DNA from: Bradymonadia bacterium
GTDB lineage: Bacteria > Myxococcota_A > Bradymonadia > UBA7976 > UBA1532
NCBI GenBank assembly: GCA_046290225.1
Contig: JBKAGE010000039.1
Span: 96,001 to 160,000 of the forward strand
Reading direction: 5' to 3'
DNA: 64,000 nt
The translations under genes were made by a program, and so were the position numbers. Each line of letters starts with the position of its first letter. The first letter of the stretch is position 1. Below the pieces are notes generated by a model. The model searched no databases, was not told the origin of the DNA, and saw only the letters and a list, made by a program, of their open reading frames with translations. Of the stretch, positions 55,793-64,000 are shown piece by piece.

Positions 55793-57547
55793 TCATTGCT
55801 CGGCCTCGAAGTAGTCCTCGGTCAACCCTGGATTCGGCGCGAACTCGCGCCACTGAATCATGATCTCGCCAACCTCCATAGGCTCACTGCCGATTCGCTC
55901 GAGCGCGGCGTTCACCCGGTCGCACTGGGATTCGTTCAGGTAGAAGCGATGCCGGTCCAGCCAGTTGATCGCGGGGTGGTAGTTGTCGCGGCTTGATGAC
56001 TCCAGTTGGGCGAGCTGCTCCTCGATCGTACTTCGCGCAACTCGGGGCTTGAGCACCGGGATCACGTCGACGGTCCGATCGTCGGACACGACGACCGCTA
56101 GCCGAGGTACCTCAGACGCCCCCACGTACCGAATGCCCGAGTTGTACCTGGAACCTCGAGATGGCGTGCACTCGGGTCGCGCAGGACCATCGAGAATCAC
56201 GCCGATCGCGTGGCAGACGCAGTGGGGGTCCACGATAATCGTGCCGTCGATGTCACTCACACGACGATAGAGCGAAGGGCTGAGCTTCACCGGCGAAACG
56301 CGCGTGCCTTGCCCACGCAGGCGCTCGGCTTCGTCAGCTGCATCCCGTGCAACAACCAACATGCTTCCGTGGCGTTGAGCAACCGCCGTATCGAATAGCG
56401 CTGTGAACGCATCAACGTCGTCGTCTGTTGCCTCGTCGAAGAGCCGGCGGAAGGTGTCAACGAGTCGGTTCCGGGGAAACCGCTCTTGCGGCAATGCTGG
56501 GACTCCGTACCGGCTGACGAGCAAGACCTGCTCGCCGCAGCAGAGGCTCCAGTGGAAGTGGTCGTGGAACTCGACCATGAAGACATTCTGGGTTGCCATC
56601 GGGTCGACACCGTCGGCGACAGTTCCGAGGCCCAGGATGTTCTCGCAGTCCGCGATGAGCGCGGTCTCCGCCGAGGCCATCTGGAGCACCTTTCGCGCCC
56701 ATCGGGGTTGCCGGAACGGCACCGGCTCCGAGAGCTCAAGGTGGACATCGACCGCCGACCCGCTGGGGTTCGCCAGCAGCATGCGGCCTGTGCCCTCGGT
56801 GCCCTCGTACATCAATGAGGAGATTAAGTTGAATCGCTCGAAGAGGTCGGCCCCCCCATAGTTCCGTGTTCCGATGGAAAGCACCGGTGTGTGCATGAAG
56901 TCTGTCGCTGCTCGACGGACGATCTCCTCCGCCGAGCGAGAGCGACCACTGAGAAGACGGCCAGGGTCGGGACGCAGCAGCTCGTCGTAGGCTTCGTTCA
57001 AGACCTGGGCCACAGCGGAGTGAATCAGGCTGGGGCTTCCGTGGAAGTGTCCATCTGTGATCGGCTCGTTTAGAGGCGGGAACCGATGGAAGATCGCCTC
57101 CGGTAGCTGCAGGACCGGGACGACGTAGTAGCCTTCCACCGGAGCCGGACGGCCAGCAAACGAGCGGACCTCGTTGTCGCTGTCGTAGGTTGCGAGCGCG
57201 GCCTGCACCGCCTTCCGTGCCGAGTCGCGGCGGATGTTCTCCGGCTTGTCGCGCATGCTCGGCTCGTCGCCGTAGTACATGTTCTGCAACGGGTGCTCGC
57301 GCACCTCGGCTTCGATAGCGGCCAGCAAACCGTCGAAGAGCTCCAGGGGCCACTTTCCATCCTCGGGTTCGACGCACACTTCGTGTGGCTTCGATTCCCC
57401 TGGGACCGTCGCCCCGACCACAAGGCATTCCGCTCCGGCATCCTCGACCCCGAGCTCGGCCATGACGTTGTTCATCCGACGCTCGACGTCGTATCTGTAG
57501 TGCAGCTGGTACCCCCACATGAATAGCGTGATCGTCTTTCGGCTCAT
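55793..57547 (-). CDS. DisA_N/diadenylate-cyclase-like domain protein with long N-terminal putative sensor region (DACNG/DACNH-like)
   Basis: HGSMLVV, SDIDGTIIVD, AIGVILDG, SRGSRYNS, VVVSDD.TV: the DAC fold with DGT and RYNS variants of DGA and RHR; YEG motif upstream; GGAGG RBS. Confidence 0.75.
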   Translation of the reverse strand: MSRKTITLFMWGYQLHYRYDVERRMNNVMAELGVEDAGAECLVVGATVPGESKPHEVCVEPEDGKWPLELFDGLLAAIEAEVREHPLQNMYYGDEPSMRDKPENIRRDSARKAVQAALATYDSDNEVRSFAGRPAPVEGYYVVPVLQLPEAIFHRFPPLNEPITDGHFHGSPSLIHSAVAQVLNEAYDELLRPDPGRLLSGRSRSAEEIVRRAATDFMHTPVLSIGTRNYGGADLFERFNLISSLMYEGTEGTGRMLLANPSGSAVDVHLELSEPVPFRQPRWARKVLQMASAETALIADCENILGLGTVADGVDPMATQNVFMVEFHDHFHWSLCCGEQVLLVSRYGVPALPQERFPRNRLVDTFRRLFDEATDDDVDAFTALFDTAVAQRHGSMLVVARDAADEAERLRGQGTRVSPVKLSPSLYRRVSDIDGTIIVDPHCVCHAIGVILDGPARPECTPSRGSRYNSGIRYVGASEVPRLAVVVSDDRTVDVIPVLKPRVARSTIEEQLAQLESSSRDNYHPAINWLDRHRFYLNESQCDRVNAALERIGSEPMEVGEIMIQWREFAPNPGLTEDYFEAEQ

Positions 57548-58275
57548 GCTTCCTCCGTGGGGGCCTCAGCGGACTTTGGAGACGCGCCTGCCTCAGTTTC
57601 AGCAGTGGCCTCGGGCTCATCACTGCCTGAGGCAGCGTGGCCGCCGTGCTTGGTCGTCTCAAAGGCCTTGTCAGCTTCTGCGAAGCTGCCGTGTTGCTCG
57701 TCTACTCGGAGCCGACCCTGAAGCTCACCTGCACTGTTGCGGTCCGTCCAGTACTGGCCTACCAAGCCGGTTGCTGGGTCGCCTTCGACGTCTAGGAGGA
57801 TCGCGCCGTAGTGGATGGGGCTACGGTCACGTACGGCGAGCTGAGGCTCGTTGCGGTACACGCCCGAGATTCTGTACACACCATCCTCCGCGCGATGAAC
57901 TGACGACCCGACAAGCTCGGAGCTCGACTCGTCGGTCATCAGCCGCAGGCTCAGATGGGAATAGGTCTGGCGAACAACGAGGTAGCCGGTCTTCTCCGGC
58001 ACCACCTCGCCCGTCGCCGGGTCTTGCCAGTTGCTCTTCAGACTCACCCGCCAAGTACCGTTCAGGTTGGGTTTCTCAACGAACCACCCGTGTAGCCATC
58101 GCCACTTCCATGCCCAGTGTTGAAAGGCTAGGAGGAGCAGCGACATGGAGGTAATGGTCGCGGACATCGACGTCAGCCATTCGATCTTCACCGCGACGCC
58201 GCTGACAAGGAGCACCAGCCCGCTGATGACCGCTGCCGCGATCAGTATCGTGCTCAAGTGAAGTCGAGAGATCAT
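57544..58275 (-). CDS. cap15: CBASS Cap15-like 2TM beta-barrel membrane effector
   Basis: Two TM helices, W.WKW, PNLNGTW...L.SNW, VRQT, T.ESSS, YRNEP, HYG, GQYWTDR..AG; ATGA overlap with the cyclase. Confidence 0.85.
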   Translation of the reverse strand: MISRLHLSTILIAAAVISGLVLLVSGVAVKIEWLTSMSATITSMSLLLLAFQHWAWKWRWLHGWFVEKPNLNGTWRVSLKSNWQDPATGEVVPEKTGYLVVRQTYSHLSLRLMTDESSSELVGSSVHRAEDGVYRISGVYRNEPQLAVRDRSPIHYGAILLDVEGDPATGLVGQYWTDRNSAGELQGRLRVDEQHGSFAEADKAFETTKHGGHAASGSDEPEATAETEAGASPKSAEAPTEEA

Positions 58276-59174
58276 CCGAGCACCCCCACGTACGTCCAAG
58301 CGCCCACGACGAACTGTCTCGCCTGCTCTCGCGTCCACGGTTGACTGGGCCGAAACAGGTACTTGAGCTCGTTGACCTCGCCCCACTCGCGGCACGTCTC
58401 GTCCTTCTCGGTGGCGGAGTAGAGGTAGGCCAGGATGCGTGCCACATCGTCGGTGTATGCCGCGCTTCCGAAGTGCTTGTCGGGCACGTTCCAAACAAGG
58501 CACTCGATCAGGTATGAGGGAATCGGCGCCGCCTCGGCTCTTCCGGCTTGCTCCATCTCGTTGCGCAGCCGTTTGAGGATTCGGACCATCTTCTTGTATC
58601 GCGTGCCAGTATCCTGGTTCTTGTTGGTGCCGTTGCGGTAGTTCTGCTCCGGCCAGTTCACGATGCGTCCGCCGTTGTCTGGGTGCAGCTCCGTCCCGGA
58701 CAGGTAGCGGACCTGGCCCAACACGTCGCGGTAGTACCGGCGATGCTCGAATGTCGGAACGACATCCGCGTCGACGCGGTAGCTGTTCTCGTGGAGGTCG
58801 ATTGCCTTGTTGCCGCGGGTCACGCTCTTTGCCCCCAGATAGGCTCGGAGCGCTGCCTCGACGTCGTCCTTGAACTGCCCGTAGGTATAGCTGGCGGTCA
58901 CGAGCCCCACATCGGCATCGGTGGTCCCATCGGAGTGGTCGGCGAAGAAGACATCCATGCAGCGAACACACACATCGACGTCGCTGTCGGAGCGCACGTT
59001 TGTCCCGTTGCGGTACGAGCCCTGGGCAAAGACCTCTATGTTCCTGGTAGCGAAGCCGACGTAGGAGCGCACCGCGTTCCGCACGACACTGACCGCGTTG
59101 TCACACCGGTCCGTTTCGGTTGTCGAAGGCGGGCGGCCCCACGAACGAAAGTCTTGTTCCCAGTCTCGTCCCAT
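58272..59174 (-). CDS. cdnE: CBASS CD-NTase (SMODS nucleotidyltransferase), CdnE-like
   Basis: W.RPPS.TE, FAQGSYRNGTNVRSDSDVD, GNKAI, DADVVP, IVNWPEQ, YKKMVRILK, PSYLIECLVWNVP, EVN.LKYLF. Confidence 0.9.
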   Translation of the reverse strand: MGRDWEQDFRSWGRPPSTTETDRCDNAVSVVRNAVRSYVGFATRNIEVFAQGSYRNGTNVRSDSDVDVCVRCMDVFFADHSDGTTDADVGLVTASYTYGQFKDDVEAALRAYLGAKSVTRGNKAIDLHENSYRVDADVVPTFEHRRYYRDVLGQVRYLSGTELHPDNGGRIVNWPEQNYRNGTNKNQDTGTRYKKMVRILKRLRNEMEQAGRAEAAPIPSYLIECLVWNVPDKHFGSAAYTDDVARILAYLYSATEKDETCREWGEVNELKYLFRPSQPWTREQARQFVVGAWTYVGVLG

Positions 59175-59206
59175 CACTGCTCTCGTCGAGATACTCATCG
59201 CGTCAC

Positions 59207-59938
59207 CTACAGCCGGAAGTTGATGCCTTCGCGGCGAAGCCGCTCCTTGCGTGTTTCGTGGTCGGGCTGGATCATGCCGAGAAGCTTCCAGAAACGTGCC
59301 GAGTGGTCGGCGACGCGCAGGTGGCAGACCTCGTGAGCGACGACGTAGTCGACGAGTGACATCGGCCCCATGACGATGCGCCAGTTGAACCTAAGCTCGC
59401 CCTTCGACGTGCAGCTGCCCCAGCGCTTCGCCTGGTCCCGGACCAGCACCTTTGGCTCATCTACTCCGAGGCGCTCGGCGTACAGCCGCACGCGCTCGGG
59501 GATGCGCTTCGCGGCAAGTCCCTTGTACCAGGCCGTCAGTGCCGAACGAACGAGCGTTGCCTGCGTGCCGGCTTCGGGGATCGTCGTCTCCAACCATCCG
59601 CCGCGAAGCTTGACGATCGCCGACTCGCAGCCCGCGCGCCGATTGACGAGGAGTCGGTATTGTCGTCCGAGGTAGCTGAACGACTCGCCGCTGACGAACT
59701 CGCGAGGAGGTGGGGGCGGCCCCAGCTCTTCGAACTCGGCCAGCCGTTGCACGACCCAAGCTCCCTTCTCGCGCACCACGTCATCGATCGCTTGGCCGTC
59801 GAGTTCCTCCGGCGCCAGGACCAGCACGCCATCTGCGAGGTCGACGGCGATCGTCACCGTGCTTCGGCGCGCGCTTCTGTGGACGACGAAGGGTATCGTG
59901 CTCGTCCCGAAGCTGATGGATCGCTCAGTACCCATCAT
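59207..59938 (-). CDS. M48/YgjP (DUF45, SprT-like) zinc metallopeptidase associated with type I R-M
   Basis: GESFSYLGRQYRL, KRWGSC, LRFNWR, DYVVAHEVCHL...HS.RFW. Confidence 0.9.
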   Translation of the reverse strand: MMGTERSISFGTSTIPFVVHRSARRSTVTIAVDLADGVLVLAPEELDGQAIDDVVREKGAWVVQRLAEFEELGPPPPPREFVSGESFSYLGRQYRLLVNRRAGCESAIVKLRGGWLETTIPEAGTQATLVRSALTAWYKGLAAKRIPERVRLYAERLGVDEPKVLVRDQAKRWGSCTSKGELRFNWRIVMGPMSLVDYVVAHEVCHLRVADHSARFWKLLGMIQPDHETRKERLRREGINFRL

Positions 59939-62913
59939 CGCTTCACCAACTGCACGCGAGCAAGGTCGAGAATCTTCGCGGTCATCGGCTCGATGGCCGC
60001 GCGATCGAACCCCGCCGCCTTCAGCCGCTTCTTCACCGCCATGCGCATGCGGCGCTGCACATCGTCCTTGAGGTGCCAGTCCACAACCGTGAGCCCCTCC
60101 AGCGACTCCAGGACGTCGCGAGCAAGGTCCCGGCGCGCCATCTCTGGAAGCAGGCCATCGGGCGCCTCGCCGTCGACGGCGGCCTGAGCGAAGACCTCGA
60201 AGATCGCGTACCCCGGCTCGGACAGACCGAGTTCATCAGCGCGAGCTGGGATGTCGCGTATGTCGAGAACGATGTGAGTCAGCAGGGACAGCTGCTCCGC
60301 AGCGGTGATCTGCTCCTCGCGTCGCTGCTGGATGATTCGCTCCAGAGTTTCCGACAGTGACTGAAACACTACGGGGTTCTCGTCCATCCGCACGTTGATC
60401 TCGTGCCGGATGGCGTGCTCCATCTCGCTCGCGCGAGCCTCGTCCGACCCAAGCTTTTTCACCTCCTCCTCGAATTCGGCGGCGAGGATCGAGATGGGCT
60501 CGACAAGCCCCTGCACATCGGTCGTGGTGATGTGCTGCTCGATGAGGGCGCGCACCTTGGCTCGGCATCCTGTCAGGTCGAACTGGTCATCGCGGAACCG
60601 CACCCGAGCGGCGTTGCGCACTTTGCCGAGCCACTTGAGGTCATCGACGAACGGCAGCGCGCTGGGATCCGGAAGGAGCATGTCGAGGGACTGGGAGAAG
60701 CGCCGAAACGCCATCTCGAACTCCGCCCTGACGTCTTCGGGCTCCAACACTTTGAGACAGGCTTCCAGGTCGGAGTGGTCGACCCGTTGAAAGAAGCGCA
60801 TCACCCGGCGATGCCTGGATTCCAGCTGCGGGAGCTCGGATGTCCTCGGCTTCATCGCCCCCTGCACGTCGCTCGGGGAAAAGATAGCTAGGGCCTCCTC
60901 GAGGTGATGGGCGACACCCCAGTAGTCGACGACCAGACCGAAGTCCTTGTTGTCGGCCGTCCGGTTCACACGGGCGATAGCCTGCAGGAGAGTGTGCTCA
61001 CGCAGCGATGAGTCGAGGTACATCACCTGCTCAACTGGGGCATCGAAGCCCGTGAGCAGCATGTCGCACACCACGATGATGGAAAGAGGGTCGTCGGGAT
61101 CCTTGAAGCGCTCGATGAGGGTGCGCTGTTCGTCCTTGCTCGTCTTCCACTTGACCAGGTGTTCCGGGTCGTTGTGGGACGTGGACATGATGATCGCCGA
61201 CGGCGGCGCTCCCAGTCTGTCGAGCGTTTCCTTGTACGTGACCGCAGCTTCTCGAGAGCAAGCGACGACCTGAGCCTTGAATCCGTTGGGCCGGATGTGT
61301 TGCTCGAAGTGCTCGATGATGTCGAGACAGATGCGTTCGACGCGGCGGGGCGCCCCAGCGATGGCCTCGGCCGTGGCATAGCGCGATTTGATTGCCTCGC
61401 GCTCCTCATCGCTCCGGTCCTTGAAATAGCGGCCAAACAGGGCGTCGATGCTCGTGCCGAGCACCTGGTCCATCGGCTGCCTCATCTCGTAGAAGATGGG
61501 GACGGTGGCTTCGTCCTGGACAGCCTGCTCGATGGTGTAGGTGTGGATGTAGCGCCCAAACGTCTGGAAGGTGCTCTTGTCCTTCTTGTCGATCGGGGTT
61601 CCGGTGAAACCGAGGAAGCAGGCGTTGGGGAGAGCACGGCGCATGTTGGCAGCGAGGCTGCGGTACTGAGTTCGGTGAGCCTCATCGACCATCACAAAGA
61701 TGTTCTCGGCCCGGTTGAGGACCGGGTGACGGTTCGAAGAGGACTCCTGGAACTTCTGCACGGTGGTCATCACCGTCTGGCCCGTGTCCTTCGACAGCAA
61801 CGACCGCAGGTGCTTGACGCTCTTGGCTTGCTCCGGATTGGGGAATCCGCACCGCTTGAACGTCGTCGAGATCTGTCGGTCGAGATCGCGGCGATCCGTG
61901 ACCACGACGAGGGTCGGGTTCTCGGTCGAGGGCAGACGCCGAAGCTTCACGGCCAGGTAGACCATGGTGAGAGACTTGCCCGAGCCCTGGGTGTGCCACA
62001 CCACGCCGCCTCGCTCGTTTGGTCGCGGCGCGGCAGTGATCCGCTCAAGCGCTCGGTTCACCGCGATGAATTGCTGGTAGCGGGCGAGCTTCTTGACGGT
62101 CTTGGAACCCTCGACCTCGAAGACGATGAAGTTGCGGATGAGGTCGAGGAGGTTCTCGGGCCGGAACACGCCCCAAAGGAGCGCCTCTTGAGCACGAGGG
62201 ATCCTTCCGATTTCACGCTGAAGTTCATCGAGGGTTAGCGGGAAGGGGACCTTCCAGTACCCCCAGAATCGCCCCGGCGTTGCGGTCGTGGCGTACTTCG
62301 CCGCTTCTCCGCACGTGCTGACGAGAATCTGCGCGGTGTGAAACAGCCGCGGGGCGCCAAGGTTGCGAAACCCGTCGGTGAGCTCTTGATACCGGGTCAT
62401 CTGCTTGATGCCCTCGTCGAGAGGGGCTCGGATAGTCGGGCTCTTGCACTCGACTATCCCAATCGGGATGCCGTTCACGAACACCACGAGGTCCGGGATG
62501 ATCGTCTTCTTCCCACCCTGGACCCGATACTGGCGAGTGAACACGAGCTCGTTGTTGGTAGGGGTTTCGAAGTCGATATACCGGACGGTCTGCCCCTGGA
62601 GTCCGTGGCCGAGGTCCTGCGGCAGCGAGATGTTGTGGACGAGGGCGGTGTGAACCTTCTCGTTGGCATCGATCAGCCCGGTCGCGGCGACATGCGAAAG
62701 GTGTTGGACCGCATTCTGGACGTTGACGTCATCGATCCAGGGATTGAGCCGCCGCAGGGCGGCCTGCAGGCGGCCGATGAGGAGGGGCTCCGACTGGGAC
62801 GCCCGCTCGGCATCGAGTTCATCAGCCGGGACGAAGGTGTATCCCAACCGCTCGAGCAAGTCGGCGGCGGGTTCTTCCGCGAGGTGGATCTCGTTCCAGT
62901 CGGTGGTGCTCAT
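59935..62913 (-). CDS. hsdR: Type I restriction endonuclease subunit R
   Basis: PDLVVFVNGIP...ECK, WHTQGSGKS, VTDR.DLD, DEAHRTQY, FTGTP, MLLTGFDAP, QAIARVNR. Confidence 0.95.
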   Translation of the reverse strand: MSTTDWNEIHLAEEPAADLLERLGYTFVPADELDAERASQSEPLLIGRLQAALRRLNPWIDDVNVQNAVQHLSHVAATGLIDANEKVHTALVHNISLPQDLGHGLQGQTVRYIDFETPTNNELVFTRQYRVQGGKKTIIPDLVVFVNGIPIGIVECKSPTIRAPLDEGIKQMTRYQELTDGFRNLGAPRLFHTAQILVSTCGEAAKYATTATPGRFWGYWKVPFPLTLDELQREIGRIPRAQEALLWGVFRPENLLDLIRNFIVFEVEGSKTVKKLARYQQFIAVNRALERITAAPRPNERGGVVWHTQGSGKSLTMVYLAVKLRRLPSTENPTLVVVTDRRDLDRQISTTFKRCGFPNPEQAKSVKHLRSLLSKDTGQTVMTTVQKFQESSSNRHPVLNRAENIFVMVDEAHRTQYRSLAANMRRALPNACFLGFTGTPIDKKDKSTFQTFGRYIHTYTIEQAVQDEATVPIFYEMRQPMDQVLGTSIDALFGRYFKDRSDEEREAIKSRYATAEAIAGAPRRVERICLDIIEHFEQHIRPNGFKAQVVACSREAAVTYKETLDRLGAPPSAIIMSTSHNDPEHLVKWKTSKDEQRTLIERFKDPDDPLSIIVVCDMLLTGFDAPVEQVMYLDSSLREHTLLQAIARVNRTADNKDFGLVVDYWGVAHHLEEALAIFSPSDVQGAMKPRTSELPQLESRHRRVMRFFQRVDHSDLEACLKVLEPEDVRAEFEMAFRRFSQSLDMLLPDPSALPFVDDLKWLGKVRNAARVRFRDDQFDLTGCRAKVRALIEQHITTTDVQGLVEPISILAAEFEEEVKKLGSDEARASEMEHAIRHEINVRMDENPVVFQSLSETLERIIQQRREEQITAAEQLSLLTHIVLDIRDIPARADELGLSEPGYAIFEVFAQAAVDGEAPDGLLPEMARRDLARDVLESLEGLTVVDWHLKDDVQRRMRMAVKKRLKAAGFDRAAIEPMTAKILDLARVQLVKR

Positions 62914-64000
62914 TCGCTCACCCTCCCGTCGGTGTCGTTGAGCTTGGCGATCAGCTCGGCAGGCATGCGGACGCGGCCGCTCAGGAGCTCCTTGGCGAGG
63001 CCGCGCTTCATCTCGGTGAGCTCAGCGAGGTAGCGGGTCTCGGCTTCGATCCGGGTGTCGAAGGCTCGGCCCACGTCAGCGATGACCTCCTGCTCCTCGG
63101 GTGGGGGAAGCAGGATGCGTATCTTCTTGAACACCGGCATGTAGATGTCCGGCAGCACGGAGCCGGCCTGCAGTCTCTTCCACTCGCGGTCCATGTGCCG
63201 GAACACCTGAACCAGGTAGTCCGGTTGGAGCTTCGGACCGCAGACCCAGTTGGCGAAGTGCTGGCTGGTGGCCATCTCTCGACCCATCTTGGAGCAGAGT
63301 CCTACAGAGGCCGTTCGGAGCAGAACCACGGTGCCCTTGGGGAGCAGGCGGGCCGAGGAGTTTGCAAGGCCGAGCGTGCCGATCGTCTGCGTTGTGTCTC
63401 TGATCTCAAGGCCCCGCAGTCCCTCTGAATCAGTGAGGGAGATCCAAGGGATCTCTCCGTCCCAGTACTCTGGGCGCTTGCGGCTGGGCGTGTGGCCGCT
63501 CTCGAGGCGTGCGATCTTGGTTAGCTGGACGAGCTGCCAGTGCGCCGGGATCTCCTCGATGTTCGGAGCCACACGACCCATGGGCCAAGTGCTCGGTAGG
63601 GGCTGCATCTCGGTGCGGAAGCGAGGGTGACCGAGGGTCAGCAGCTCCCGCATGCTTTGGTGTTTCGAGATCCGAAGCTGTTGGATGAGGGCCTCGGTCG
63701 ATGCAATGGCGCCGGCCACTCGATCGATGCATGCGCCGATCGCGACCTGCTCATCGAGTGGGGGGAAGGTGACCCGAGAGGCCAGGAACTCGGCCGGCGA
63801 CACGCGCTGTGCCTTTCGCGAGCCGATGGCGCTTCCGCGGTAGCGCTTGTAGAAGGCCGGGCGCGAGACGTGTGCCACCAGCCAAGTCGGGTCGACTTCT
63901 CCACGAATGTCGAAGCACGGCAGATCGGAGGTGCTCTCGAAGCCGTCAAGCTCAGGCGGAATGAGTCCGAAAGCACCGTTGAGGAAGTCGAGCTTGCTGT
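62910..64000 (-). CDS. hsdS: Type I R-M specificity subunit S (5' end outside window)
   Basis: Frame open to the window edge (SKLDFLNGAFGLIP...); PPLDEQ, IPAHW, SGHTPS...YWDGEIPWI, LPPPEEQ, KRGL.KELLSG. Confidence 0.9.
   Translation of the reverse strand, partial: SKLDFLNGAFGLIPPELDGFESTSDLPCFDIRGEVDPTWLVAHVSRPAFYKRYRGSAIGSRKAQRVSPAEFLASRVTFPPLDEQVAIGACIDRVAGAIASTEALIQQLRISKHQSMRELLTLGHPRFRTEMQPLPSTWPMGRVAPNIEEIPAHWQLVQLTKIARLESGHTPSRKRPEYWDGEIPWISLTDSEGLRGLEIRDTTQTIGTLGLANSSARLLPKGTVVLLRTASVGLCSKMGREMATSQHFANWVCGPKLQPDYLVQVFRHMDREWKRLQAGSVLPDIYMPVFKKIRILLPPPEEQEVIADVGRAFDTRIEAETRYLAELTEMKRGLAKELLSGRVRMPAELIAKLNDTDGRVSE

Larger units (their letters stand above)
49090..64000 (-). mobile_element. 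Putative defence island (right end outside window)
   Basis: Nine co-oriented defence-type genes with six 4-bp start/stop overlaps, convergent on the backbone genes at a terminator. No integrase in the window, so mobility is unproven. Confidence 0.55.

Noticed and set aside
58276..58971. N-terminal extension of the 475-aa ORF, suggesting a large effector fusion
   Set aside because: Overlaps the CD-NTase out of frame; Cap15 similarity begins at ATG 58275.
1..64000. CRISPR array, rRNA, transposase or integrase
   Set aside because: No regularly spaced repeat-spacer units, rRNA-like tracts or DDE/tyrosine/serine recombinase motifs were seen; the tandem repeats found are short coding linkers.

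Overview
High-GC bacterial window; the many Gly/acidic-linker lipoproteins, LRR and ankyrin proteins suggest a (probably marine) Myxococcota-like genome, which is an inference. Positions 1-48.9 kb are an accessory/metabolic patchwork: a GH26-like glycanase, a ColRS-like two-component system with c-type cytochrome genes, a CzrA/SmtB-type repressor with a His-rich protein, an Ntn acylase, LysR/TetR modules, class II DAHP synthase, dCTP deaminase, AcnB and many uncharacterised lipoproteins. From about 49.1 kb to the window end is a single minus-strand, largely translationally coupled anti-phage defence island: type I R-M (hsdS partial, hsdR, M48/YgjP peptidase), a CdnE-like CD-NTase, a Cap15-like 2TM-beta effector, a 584-aa DisA_N/DAC-like protein coupled directly to the effector, and a three-gene DUF6361-like/PLD/SF2-helicase (Azaca-like) module. 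The best candidate for an undescribed system is the CBASS operon carrying a second, unrelated cyclic-dinucleotide cyclase-like gene. Non-coding signals read directly from the sequence include a shared 4x11-bp response-regulator box upstream of two cytochrome genes, a ~150-bp cUUCGg-capped inverted repeat, TetR/ArsR operators and a frameshifted ankyrin gene. All family assignments are by eye from motifs; no searches were run.
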